The notes under the pieces were generated by a model. That model made no database searches and was not told the DNA's origin. It saw only the letters and a list, made by a program, of their open reading frames with translations. Shown piece after piece: positions 38,681-50,200 of a stretch of DNA of 64,000 nt. A program made the position numbers and the translations under genes. The stretch's first letter is position 1; every line of letters starts with the position of its first letter. This DNA comes from Octopus bimaculoides (Eukaryota), in assembly GCF_001194135.2 (NCBI RefSeq), contig NC_068984.1, positions 32,075,327 through 32,139,326 on the forward strand, written 5' to 3'.

Positions 38681-39824
38681 AGTTTGAACCTCCACTCACC
38701 CGGGCTTTCAGATTTATACTGGCTTACACAGTAGACTCAAAAGTAACACTCCCATAGAAGTTTCACCCGGGGCAGGTCTCACCCTTCGTCACCATTCTGA
38801 TTATGTAATACATGACAAAGCAATGTGATTGGTTCACAAGGCCAGCAAATTTTAGTGGGTAGGGTTCGTCAATGACATCGAATTCGTTTTTTATCGACCC
38901 TGAAAGGATGAAAGGCAAAGTCTACCCCAACAAAATTTCATTTCAGAACGTAAAATCGGAAGAAATGCCGCTATGCATTTTTCCAACGTACTATCAATTT
39001 TGCCGGCTCGAAACTCGGGCCTTGAAGCGATAGCTAATATTGGAAATCTCCGCAAAATGTTTGAAAGTTTACAATCCTGACATTCTGTAGTTCTGAATTT
39101 CCATTAATCTGTTAACGATACATTGGTTTACAAAATTTTCTGTCACTGCTTGACCAGTTCACAGTTTATGACGTAAGCCAATATATTTGCTTGATGTTTC
39201 GTCATAACAGACAAGTGTATCTCTCTCTCTCTCTCTCTTTGTCTATGTGGCGAACATACATACATTTGTTATTTTTTTTATAAATGCAATCATTCCCTGT
39301 CTGTGTAACACATATTAACATTTATATTTCTTTTCTTCACTACAATTTTGCCTCGTTCACTTTTTCTTACGCGAGAGATTTTCTTGGTTTTGCTATTTTT
39401 TAGCTGTAAACAAAACATACAATGCGCATATGTTGTGCAAAGCGATAAAAATGAGTGTCTAAGTTGTAAACCCTATTTGTAAGTTACATCGATAATTTAA
39501 AGTCATGTTTGTTTGCATTAATGCTACAAACATAATGGCAACCTTTCCTTGCTAATTCCATTGAAGCAGCCATTTTCCGACGCATGTAAATTTTTTGCAA
39601 ATGTTAAAAATGTGTAATCGTTTGAAATCCTTTCATCTATCCATGTTAATGGAGGAGATGCTGGTGGTAAAATGAAATAAAAACGATTATTTATTTTCCT
39701 TGAGTAAACTGGAAAGAAAACAACATGGAGCTCTGTGAAAATTCCCTGGTCAAAGGAAATAGCAATAGCGGTATTATTTGTTGTTAATTTAAGCACAATG
39801 CCAGCAATTTTGAGGGAAGTAGTC

Positions 39825-40720
39825 AATAACATAAGTACTTGACTTGTACTTTATTCTATCGACCCCGGAAGAATGAAAGTCGAATTTGAGTTTGGCAGGA
39901 TCTAAACACAAAGCGTAAAGTGCCAGAATAAATAGCACAGATATTCTGATAGAAGGAAACACATTAACCCCAGTACTTAAATGAGGATTTGCTACATCAA
40001 CTGATAAATGAAAGGAAAAGTTGGTGTTGGCAGAATTTGAACGCGTACTATAAAGAGCCAAGGTAAATACTTTTTTCTGCTCTAGGCACAACGACTGAAA
40101 TTTGGGGGAGGAGGCCGGACGATTAGATCAACCGCAGTACGCAACTGGTACTTAATTTATCGACCCCGAAAGGATGAAAGGCAAAGTCGATCTCAGCGGA
40201 AGTTGAACTCAGAGCGTAAAAATGGACGAAATACTGCTAAGCATTTCGCCCGGCGTGCTAACGTTTCTTATTCCTTTATTGCTCACAAGGAGCTAAACAT
40301 AGTGGGGACAAACAAGAACAGACAAAGGGGTTAAGTCGATTACATCGACTCCAGTGTGTAACTGGTACTTAATCTATCGACTCCGAAATGATGAAAGGTA
40401 AAGTCGACCTCGGCAGAATTTGAACTCAGAACGTAACGGCAGACGAAATACCGCTAAGCATTTCGCCCGGCGTGTTAATGTTTCTTGCTTCTTTACAACC
40501 CACAAGGGGCTACACACAGAAGGGACAAACAAGGAGAGACAAAGGGGTTAAGTCGATTATATCGACCCCAGTGCGTAACTGGTACTTATTTAATCGACCC
40601 CGAAAGGATGAACGGCAAAGTTGACCTCAGCGGAAGTTGAACTCAGAACGTAGAGGCAGACGAAATACCGCTAAGCATTTTGCCTGGCGTGATAACGGTT
40701 CAGCAAACTCGCTGCCTTAG
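39825..40720 (-). repeat. Array of about four family 1 SINE units, three of them head-to-tail (40075-40720)
   Basis: atcgac(c/t)ccgaaa(g/t)gatgaa..gcagacgaaataccgctaagcattt recurs at ~210-220-bp spacing. Confidence 0.9.
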
Positions 40721-41167
40721 CCAAGACAAATACTGTAAGATATTTTTCCCTGATGCTCTTATGGTTCTGGCTAAAGAATAACTTCAATAGCAAGGAAATC
40801 ATTTTTACGTTTAGCTCATTTGCACTGTATCATATGGATCAGTGGTTTGAGGTTGAAGTGTAGCAGAATTAAATGCCACTGGCAATGTTACAAAAAATCT
40901 TATCAAACAAAACTCTACATACATTAATGACTTGTACGTACGTGGTATTTCGTTATGCAACCATAATATACAATAAAATATATTAAACGTTTTTATAAGT
41001 CAATACTGCGTTCTACTGTGTTAGCAGTGGGCTTTTACATTACTTTGTTAGTGTTATCGCTATAGATATTCTATAGAAATTATAGCCAGCATTGATTTTT
41101 GTTACTACGTTTCCTATACGAGAAGTCACATGTAAAAAAATGCGATCAAAGAGGAGAAATGGGTAAT

Positions 41168-41215
41168 GGGAGTATATGTCATATTTCGGGGGACTTTGCC
41201 CCTTCATCAGCACCC
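41168..41215 (-). ncRNA. Type I hammerhead ribozyme motif (PLE-type)
   Basis: GGGTG-CTGATGA-AGGGG caaagt CCCCC-GAA-ATATG a CATAT-A-CTCCC: intact core, stem II and palindromic stem III; one T-T mismatch in stem I. Confidence 0.65.
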
Positions 41216-41329
41216 CTTTAACCAATAAATCATCTTCGAACACATTGCTTAAATACCCACTATACATTGTAACGCCTAACATGTCCATCTCTACATCAGT
41301 GATGAATATAAGAAAGCAGTAAGTTGGTG

Positions 41330-41510
41330 AATTGGCAGAATCATTAGCATACTGGGCAAAATGCTTAGCGGCATTTTGTGTGTCTTTATATTCCGAGTTC
41401 AAATTCTGCAAAGGTCAACTTTGCCTTTCATCCTTTTGTGGTCGATAAAATAAGTAATTGACTTACCCTCTCCTTTGAAATTGCTGGCCTTGTGCTAACA
41501 TTTGAAATCA
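41330..41510 (+). mobile_element. Family 1 SINE
   Basis: ggtgaattggcagaatcattagcatactgggcaaaatgcttagcggc..ctttgcctttcatccttttgtggtcgataaaataagta. Confidence 0.85.
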
Positions 41511-41814
41511 ATAACAGAAATCAGTCATTGATGCTTGCCCACTGCTATTTCATCTTATGCGAAAGTCTGCTTTGTTGAGAATGATAAAAGAAGAAAGTGG
41601 CAAATTGTTTAAGCCTTCAATAAAAAAAAATTTTCATAAGGAATTTAAACTCAGGAAAATAGTTTTATTACATGAAGTACCTATGGTGATGCATGTAACT
41701 AGTGAAAACAAGATGATGATGATGGTAATGATGATGATAAGGAGTAGGAGAAGGATGCACAAATCTGCATTCTGTTCTGCAATTAAAGCATGCAATAATA
41801 ATAGACTACTGAAA

Positions 41815-41986
41815 TAGGCACAAGCATGACTATGTGGTAAGAAGCTTGCTTCCCAACCAGTTGGTTCTGGGTTCAGTCCCACTGCATGGCACCTTGGGAA
41901 AGTTTCTTCTACTATAGCGTCGGGCCGACCAAAGCCTTGTGAGTGGATTTTGGCAGACGAAAACTGAAAGAAGCCCGTCGTGTATA
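41815..41986 (+). mobile_element. Family 2 SINE 5' half, interrupted at its TA tract by the Tc1/mariner element
   Basis: ggcacaagcatgactatgtggtaagaagcttgc..aactgaaagaagcccgtcgtgta. Confidence 0.85.
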
Positions 41987-43194
41987 CAGGATGTGTAAGG
42001 TATTTGAGAACATACCTTTTTGGGGTTATTGTTGCATTTTTTGCTAACTCTGTATAATCTTTGTTTCAGAAAATAATAATAATAATAGCAGACATTTAGC
42101 TTAGTCAAGAAATGAAGAGGAATGCTGTTATTGTGGTTATAAAGGCTGAGCATAGCGATTTGGAAATATCTCGATTTTTAAAAGTTGCCTAGTTTTTCAT
42201 CTACAAAGTTTGTAAGGAACTAGAGACTGAAGATAGAAACGTATCACCAGAACACCTGAATTTATCTAGCAAGTTGAACAGATCATTGATTATAATACCA
42301 GAAAGTCTATGAGGTCAATTCCAAAAGATCTCCATGTGTCAGAAGGAACAGTCAGAAATGTTGCCCATGAAGACATCAGATATAAGTTTTATATGATGAG
42401 GAAAGTTCAGTTTGGTAGAAAAAGCAAAAGAAAACCATTACATCAGATATAAAAAGCTCTTAAACAAACTGAAAATTCAGCAGAAGATTTGATTTGTTTT
42501 TTCTCAAATGAGAAAAAACTTCGACCAAGATCAAAATGTTAACAGAAGAACTGACAGATGACTATGTGCAGATCCTTCTGAAGTTCTAAGTGTTATGCAT
42601 ACAAAATTTCCTGCAACTGTCATGGTTTTAGGGGTTGTCCGTAACGAATGACATGCGATGCCTCTTTACTTCTTTCCACAAAACCTTAGAGTTAACTCTG
42701 CCGCCTACATTGTGTTCCTGGAAATAATTTTTAAGCCCTAGATAGTGTATGCAATGGAAAGCCATATGTGTTTCAGGAAGGCTCTGCATTATTACACATG
42801 AATCTAGTAACACAGGAATGGATGGCTGAAAATTATCATGATCACATAACCCCTAACATTTGGCCTCCTAATTCCCCAGATCTCAATCCATTGGATTATT
42901 ACATGTGAAACGTTGTTGAGAGAGAGTTCAATGATCACGCCCATAACACCAAAGATTCTTTGGAAGCTGCCATAGTCAGAGAAATGTCCAAAAATGAACC
43001 AAGACTACTTGATTTGAGCATGTAGATGATTTAGATCTCATATAGAAGCAGTTGTTGTAGCTGAAGGTGACGTTATTGAATAGCATTAAAGAAAAGGAGG
43101 TTTATGCTTAACCTCATAGCATTTTTTGATAAATAAAGTTACTATCTGTTTTATTATAAACCTAAATCTGTCCTCAAATATCTTACGCACCTTG
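41987..43194 (+). mobile_element. Near-full-length Tc1/mariner element (maT/DD37D-like) with a disrupted transposase
   Basis: TIRs CAGGATGTGTAAGGTATTTGAGAACA / TGTCCTCAAATATCTTACGCACCTTG with TA on both flanks; remnants MKRNAVIVVIKAEHSDLEISRFLKVA, FSNEK, MHTKFPATVMVLGVV, WPPNSPDLNPLDYY; many stops and frameshifts. Confidence 0.9.
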
Positions 43195-43497
43195 TATATA
43201 TATATATTAATAATTTAGATAAGAACCACCATGGTGCAACATTTAGTACAAAGGAAATTGTCAAGGTTTTATAATAAAACACATCGAATAGCAATAAATA
43301 TCTATCAAATTTAAGGCATAAAACGTCAATTGGGGAGATGACATCTGTAGATAAGGAAAAGGAAACATATATAACGAAAGTGTGATTAGCTAGTAAAGGG
43401 AAATCCGTGCAAGAATACAAGGAAAAGCCACTTAACTTCACGAGGAAACTTGGTAGACTGAGATACTATCCAAAGCAAAGAAATATATATACTATGT

Positions 43498-43583
43498 GCA
43501 TCACGTGACAAAATGGCGCCCACCACGTGATCACAAATGTCAAACTGACGTTTAGAACTAAAACACGTGAGATACGAGACAGC
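43498..43583 (+). promoter_or_regulatory. Core-promoter-like cluster: three CACGTG E-boxes and a YY1-type AAAATGGCG
   Basis: TCACGTGAC 43501-43509, AAAATGGCG 43510-43518, CACGTG 43524-43529 and 43564-43569. Confidence 0.6.
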
Positions 43584-43634
43584 ATGGCGTGGAAGGAGAA
43601 GAGGGAGGAAAAATTAAGAAGAAATGATGATAAG
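43584..43634 (+). CDS. Candidate first coding exon MAWKEKREEKLRRNDDK, product unknown
   Basis: agcATGG start context; consensus donor AAG|gtaagt; directly downstream of the promoter motif cluster. Confidence 0.5.
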
Positions 43635-44126
43635 GTAAGTGCGTAGACCTGGAATTAAACAATATTATGCTGCTGTGTAAAAGAGTAGAAAAAAATAGTG
43701 AAATAAATGATGGGAGCGAGCATGTAAAAGTAATTAAAGGTATGTAAAATATACAATAACTAAAAATGAGAAAAATGAAGCGTCTCCAAGTAGAAAGTTA
43801 ATATTATCTCAAACCACGTGTAATCAAGACCTACGTATTAGCAAGACTAATTACTGCTGAGGGTTTATAACAATAGGTATAAAAAGACTAAGGTTAGTGT
43901 ATATCTATTAGCACAAGGCTATCGCAACTCACTACCTGAAATTATATCCTATTACTACCTCGTTTTATGCCTTAAATTTTACAGATATTTATTGCTATTT
44001 GATGTGTTTTATTATAAAACCTTAACAATTTCCTTCGTACTAAATGTTGCTTAAACGGACGATTTTTATACCTTTCTTATTTTATGCATTTTAAATTTAA
44101 GATACGTTTGTTTTTCGAAGTTACCG

Positions 44127-44230
44127 GACCTGAAGAGTGTCCTCATATTGAATGGTATCTATCTTGTTCGATTCATTGTAGATAGACCAGATATTTCCCA
44201 CTGTTATGTGGCCATGAAACGCACGTAGTC
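44127..44230 (+). ncRNA. Candidate hammerhead ribozyme with an extended stem II insertion
   Basis: GAC-CTGAAGA-GTGTCC..(~70 nt containing a tggtatctat/gtagatagacca hairpin)..GGCCAT-GAA-ACG ca CGT-A-GTC; stem I is only 3 bp. Confidence 0.4.
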
Positions 44231-44519
44231 TTTCCCCCACTTTCGTTTCTTAAACGTAACCGATTTTAATTCTTAGTCCAATATAGATTTTTTTGTATTA
44301 TAAATTCTTCCTTGGATTTTTTAGCTTTTTAAACTAGTTTTGTATAGTACACTTTTCTTGATGGTGTCTGACCTCCTTCTTCGTGCGAGTTGCACCATGA
44401 TGGTTCTTCTCTAAATTATTAAAATATTTTTCAATATACAACTCAATTTGATTATCAAATTGTATTTCCTTGTAAGTTCAGATTTTGAAATTCCCTAACA
44501 TTATAATATATATATATAT

Positions 44520-44745
44520 GTATGTATGTATATATTTGTGTGTCTGTGTTTGTCCCCCCCCCCATCTCTTGACAACCAATTTTGGTGTGTTTACATCACA
44601 GTAACGTAGTAGTTCAGCATAAAGGACTGGTAGAATAAGCAGTAGGCTTAAAAAGAATAAGTCCTGGGGGTTGATTTGTTCAACTAAAGGCAGTGCTCCA
44701 GCATGACTGCAGTCAAGTAAAAAAAGTGATAAAATAATAAAAGAG
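44520..44745 (+). mobile_element. Family 2 SINE 3' half
   Basis: gtgtctgtgtttgtcccccc..tgacaacc..gaataagtcctggggg..gtgctccagcatgactgcagtcaa. Confidence 0.85.
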
Positions 44746-44829
44746 TAAATCATAATAATAGATCCGTTTCAAAGCCAAAAACCATTTCTCTTTTTTGTTT
44801 TTTATTCGAATGACAATATATCATTTATC

Positions 44830-45070
44830 AAGGCAACGAGCTGGCAGAAATGTTAGCACGCTGGGCAAAATACTTAGCGGTATTTCGTTTGCCACTACGT
44901 TCTGAGTTCAAATTCCACTGAGATCGACTTTGCCTTTCATCCTTTCAGGGTTGATTAAATTAGTGCCAGTTATGCCTTGCAGTCGATGTAATTGACTTAA
45001 TCCGTCCATTTGTCTGTCCTTGTTTGGCCCCTGTATGTTTAGCCCCCTGTGGACGATAAAGGAAATAAAT
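44830..45070 (+). mobile_element. Family 1 SINE, full length
   Basis: aaggcaacgagctggcagaaatgttagcacgc..gactttgcctttcatcctttcagggttg..tttagccccctgtggacgataaaggaaat. Confidence 0.9.
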
Positions 45071-45328
45071 ATATCCTTTATAAGTGAATTGTTCGGGAAA
45101 ACCAACGTTAACATGAATCTTCAACATCACTGCTAACCAACAGCAGTGTTTCTATTGGTATAAAGATTCTGACACAGATATATGATTAAATTTTTTAAAT
45201 CTCTATTAGTCAAGGAGAAATTTGGAAGTGCTTTCAGATAAAAATAAAGGAAACAATAATAGAAATAAATAATAATGGTATCAAATTTTGCCACAAGGGC
45301 AGACATTTTGGGAGAGGTGGTAAGTCGA

Positions 45329-45770
45329 TTACTTGAGCAGACTGAGACTGATATTTAAGTTGAAATTAAATGGACAGAATAAGATTGAAGCTATCAACAT
45401 CAGGATGGTTTCACTCCTTAGATATAGAGTAGGGGTAATCGCATGGACAGTAGACGAACTAAACAGCTTAGTCAGAAAGGCAAGAAAGTTGCTGACTAGA
45501 TATGGGATACTCCTCCCAAAAAGTGACACAAGCAGTCTGTATGTACCAAGAAAAAGAGGAGGAAGAGGATTGATTGGATGCAAACACAGCATTAAACCAG
45601 AAGAAAACAACATAGCATGGTATGTAAGAAATGCCACAGAATTACTATTATTGGAATTAAGAAGGTCAGGCTTGTGTAGGATGGAAGATTGCAAAGATAA
45701 GCACCGTAGAGGCACTTGAGAATGAATGAAACTGAAAATAGGTGGATAATGAAAAGAATGCACGGAAGCC
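45329..45770 (+). mobile_element. R4/Dong-like LINE fragment, region C-terminal to the RT domain
   Basis: ORF 45333..45719 RLRLIFKLKLNGQNKIEAIN..LLRYRVGVIAWTVDEL..LPKSDTSSLYVPRKRGGRGL; L.s.LngrNki.AIN and HPksd..rLY.pRk.GGRGL are RLE-clade motifs. Confidence 0.85.
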
Positions 45771-45979
45771 AGATAGCTGCTCTGGCAATGATCCCGCTCA
45801 GATGGTGCATGATTATTATTATCAATGTCTGAAATAGGAAGAATTTGAAAGCACTTAAAAGACTGCTGTAAACTTGTGGATGCCTAAGATTACATCCAGT
45901 AACACACTGTCCACTTAATTCTTACCAGGAGTAAGACTGAACCAAACCAAAATAATAGTAATAACATTCCTTTCTAATA

Positions 45980-46565
45980 AAAGAACAAGGTTGAAATGTG
46001 GCTAACCACTTTGCCTGGTATGCTAATGGTTCTGCCAGCTTGCTGCCTTATTAATAATCAACGTTGATATCAGCAACATCATGATGACTATTTGCTCTGC
46101 TTCCTTTGCCTTTCTGAGCAAAATGCATTCTGGTATATTGCACATCTTTATATTCTGAGTTCAAATTTTGTCAAGGTCAACTTTTCCTTTCATCCTTGTA
46201 GAGTCGGTCAAATAAAGACCAGTTGAACACTGGGGTTGATGTAATCAAATTACCCCATTCCCCTGAACTTGCTGACTTTGTGCTAAAATGTGAAACCATT
46301 ATTATTATTATTATTATAGACAGTGAACTGGCAGACTCATTAGCATGCCAAGCAAAATGATAAGTGGCATTTTATCCATCTTTATTTTGTAAGTTTAAAT
46401 TCTGCCAAAGTTGTCATTGTTCTTTCATCCCTTTAGGGTTGATAAACTAATTACTACTAAACCTTTCCCCGAAACTTTCAAGCTTTGTACCAATAATAGA
46501 AAGGATTATTAGCATTAGCGTTATTAAGGCAACAAGCTGACAGAATTATTAGCATGCCAAAATGT
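45980..46565. repeat. Degenerate family 1 SINE cluster with (TTA)n tails; further copies at 47600-47800 (-) and 47830-48030 (+)
   Basis: ctgagttcaaatt..caacttttcctttcatcc cores. Confidence 0.75.
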
Positions 46566-48093
46566 TTGTAATATTTCATTTTTGAAAATGTTGCATTAAC
46601 AGTGCTTGTATGTTAATAATTTATCAGCCACTCCTTTTTCTCTTGCTCATCTTTATTCTTCGCTTCTTGTACGTACCACCATCATCATACACTGATGGTA
46701 ATGCATTTAAATCTCCACCATCACTCTTATTACTTACAGTCTATTACATCTCCTTTTTATGGCTTCATCAAGGTCAGAAAAGGGAAGAATGAAGAGCAGT
46801 GTCCACTTTTACACAGCCTTGAACACATATTAGTAAAAGGAGAAAGAAATTGTGTTCAATGGATTCCTGCAATAAGGAGAATTGTACAAACATATTAAGT
46901 TATATGGTCTGATTTGGCCTGAAAGATATCCCAAAGCCAAAATGGGGTGTTGAAATGAATGTTCCATCTGACAGTTACCATTTCCCTAATTTCACTCATA
47001 AGGCCTATATTGATCTGAGACTATTGTAGAAGATACTTGTGAATCAAATACACAAACATGTTATTATATAGTAAAAATCTTAATCATTATGGCAATGTTT
47101 TACATAGCAAAACTTCATTATTTCATCAATATACAAGCCAATGACAATCTTGTCTTTGGATTTTTAGTCCTAAAACAACTTACAAATGGTTGTGTTTAGT
47201 TTATTTTAAAAATAACATGAAGGCTGTTGAAGGAGTCTTACTTTTTGCTGCAGTGACTTAAAAAAAAAAGCTCATGAAATGTCTAATACACTGCACCCCA
47301 TACAATAAACCATTGTATCATGTATTATATGATATGATCTCAGCCAGTTATGCATATATTGTGTATGCTTTGGTGCTCAATGATTTAATGCTTCTAAAAC
47401 CTGTTGAGGATTTTAAGGACCAGTACTTTGCTTTAGTTTATAGATAAATATTGCAAATAGGATGATGGTTTAATGCAGGATATTTTCCCAGATGATCATT
47501 TACCAATTTCAGTTATTCAATGAAATGAGACAACAATGAATCAAAATGTTCTTTTATCAAAGCTTAGGTAATATAATGTCAGAACCAGCTTAGAATTATT
47601 ATCATTATTGTTGGTTCCAAATTTTGCACAAAGCCAGCAATTTCAAGGGAGGTGAGTAAATCAACCCCACTGCTCAGCTGGTACTTATTTTATCAACCCA
47701 GAAAGGATGAAAGGCAAAGATGATCTTGGTGGAATTTGAACTCAGAATGTAAAGACAAATGGAATGACACTAAGCATTTTGCCAGCTTGCTACCTTTATT
47801 AGTATTACTATCATGAAGATTGATATTCACCTTGCTGGCAAAACTGTTAGCACGCAGGGTAAAAATGCTTGGCTGCATTTTTCCTGACTGAGTTCAAACT
47901 CCAACAAGGTTGACTTTGCCTCTGATTTTTCAGAGTTGATGAAATATGTACCAGTTGAGCATTGGGGTGATGTATTTGACAGACTCCATCTCTATAAAAT
48001 TTCAGCTCTTGTGCCTGTTGTAGAAAGGATAATTACTAAGTTTGGCAGATTGTCAGGAAACAGCCTGGGATTTTGAAAACCAGTATATTGTAG

Positions 48094-48168
48094 AAATAAC
48101 AGAGCATCTTATAAATTATTTCACAATATCTTACTTAACCTCTCAACATTTTGAACTGAAATCCAGAG
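48094..48168 (+). CDS. Possible internal exon (E)ITEHLINYFTISYLTSQHFELKSR(G)
   Basis: Strong donor AG|gtgagt, weak acceptor; phase not directly compatible with the other candidates. Confidence 0.2.
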
Positions 48169-49250
48169 GTGAGTTGACTTTTTATCATTTTAGTGGCTCA
48201 CAGAAAAAGTATCAGCAACTCTTTGTGGTGGTAGTGGGGGTTAGTTTTTCTTTTATTATATAGTCAGTAGGGAAAGTAGTGCCCATGCCTCATCACAGGG
48301 CCACCAAAACTAGTGGGAGGGAGAGAAGAATATGTCCTTAAACCAGAGAACTGATGCTTGCAACAGAGTAGACTTCATGGAAGGCACTCAAGGTGCCATG
48401 TGGTGATGCTAAACCGGGTAAGAAATCTTGTCTACCAAGTTTACATCCGTCCAGTAATATCAGTAATATTCTCGGGTTCAATTCAGTTGTGACTCACAAA
48501 TATATTCTAATGATCTTGTGCTACATCAAAATAAATCATCATCATCATCATCATCATCATGATTACTGCTGTTTTAATATCCAAGTGACAAACAATTAAA
48601 CATTTTATGATCCAAATGTAAATTTACAAAACCTAACTGATTGGCACTAATTCAATCTGTTTGGATTTAATCATTTCATTAAATATCTGAATCCCAGTTT
48701 AATTGCAGATTACTGAGCAAAGCTTTCAGGCTTTCATCTAATTGCTTGTTTGCATTTTTGGAATATGTCACAGCTGACTGATGTCATGTGATGTGGGGAA
48801 AAAGCCATTTGATTATTTGCAGGGGACATTTCTTTAGCCCCCCTCTTCTTTCTCTCTCTTTACTCATCTTCTTTTCTCCCTTTCTCCTTCCTTCTCTCCT
48901 CTTCTCCCTTCCTCTCTGTATGTATGTGCTGTTTTGGTAATATTTTTGTTTTATGCTAGTAAATATGGGAAAATATTATCCATAACTGAATTTTGCTGAA
49001 CAGTCACCATGGAAAAGATGTTACAACCTTGCTATTAATTGTTTTCTTAAACAGTCTTCAGTGTTCAGTACAAACGTAACAGGCTAGATATAGTTGTTTG
49101 GGTCTGATAAGAATAGATATGTATTGTCATGCAGGTCAGTTGTCCTGCTGATGTATATATCTCTTAAAACAATCAAACTGAAAGATGTTAATGATGGAAA
49201 ACTGCTTTGAAACCTTCATCTTCTATACCCCAGTTATAAATTCACATTTA

Positions 49251-49626
49251 GTTAGTTAGTTGGCACTCCGTCGCTTACAAAGTCGAGGGTTCCAGTTCAT
49301 CCGACCAACGGAACAGCCTGCTCGTGAAATTAACGTGCAAGTGGCTGAGCACTCCACAGACACGTGTACCCTTAACGTAGTTCTCGGGGATATTAAGCGT
49401 AACACAGTGTGACAAGGCTGACCCTTTGAATTACAGGCACAACAGAAACAGGAAGTAAGAGTGAGGGAAAGTTGTGGTGAAAGAGTACAGCAGGGTTTGC
49501 CACCATCCCCTGCCGGAGCCTCATGGAGCTTTTAGGTGTTTTCGCTCAATAAACACTCACAATGACCGGTCTGAAAATCGAAACCACGAGTCCGCTGCCC
49601 TAACCACTGGGCCATAGCGCCTCCAC
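49251..49626 (-). mobile_element. Young tRNA-derived SINE (family 4) with a 13-bp target-site duplication
   Basis: Head GTGGAGGCGCTATGGCCCAGTGGTTAGGGCAG (A-box), CpG-rich body, (TAAC)n tail; AAATTCACATTTA at 49238-49250 and 49627-49639. Confidence 0.9.
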
Positions 49627-49978
49627 AAATTCACATTTATACTAATAACAATTAGTTCTCTTGGTTTTGTTCATAAATGTTTAAATGACAATCCAGTAAA
49701 CCTAGAGTTTTCAAAAAATAAATTAACCAATTAATAAGCACATCACATATGCAATCTGTAAGCAGATATTGATGATGANNNNNNNNNNNNNNNNNNNNNN
49801 NNNNNNNNNNNNNNNNNNNNNNNNNNNNNNNNNNNNNNNNNNNNNNNNNNNNNNNNNNNNNNNNNNNNNNNNNNNNNNNNNTATATATATATATATATAT
49901 GTCATTGTTATCCTCATCATTACTATTTAACAACTATTTTCCATGCAGGCATGGAAGAGCTGGCAAACCACCACATAT

Positions 49979-50013
<35 letters not shown>

Positions 50014-50014
50014 T

Positions 50015-50200
50015 TATCTTCTGTTTCGATTCTGGCATGGATTGGATGGTTTGGTAGGAGCTGGTAAGGCAAGGAACCATACAAGGCTCCATTGTCTGCT
50101 TTGGTATGATTTCTACAGCTGGATGCCCTTCTTAATGCCAACCACTTTACAGACTGGACTGGTGCTTTTTACATGGCACCACCACCAACAGGGTCGACAA
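50015..50200 (-). mobile_element. Family 3 SINE (Nin/RTE tail)
   Basis: ttctacagctggatgcccttcttaatgccaacc..gtgctttttacatggcacc next to an (atc)n tail. Confidence 0.8.

Larger units (their letters stand above)
43236..44050. repeat. 90-bp inverted repeat pair (43236-43325 / 43961-44050)
   Basis: gcaacatttagtacaaaggaaattgtcaaggttttataataaaacacatcg..ttaaggcataaaacg versus its reverse complement, only a handful of mismatches. Confidence 0.95.

Noticed and set aside
46700-46870. Coding exon on either strand
   Set aside because: Splice-like signals exist on both strands but no frame stays open between a good acceptor and donor, apart from a 33-nt plus-strand stretch with a weak donor
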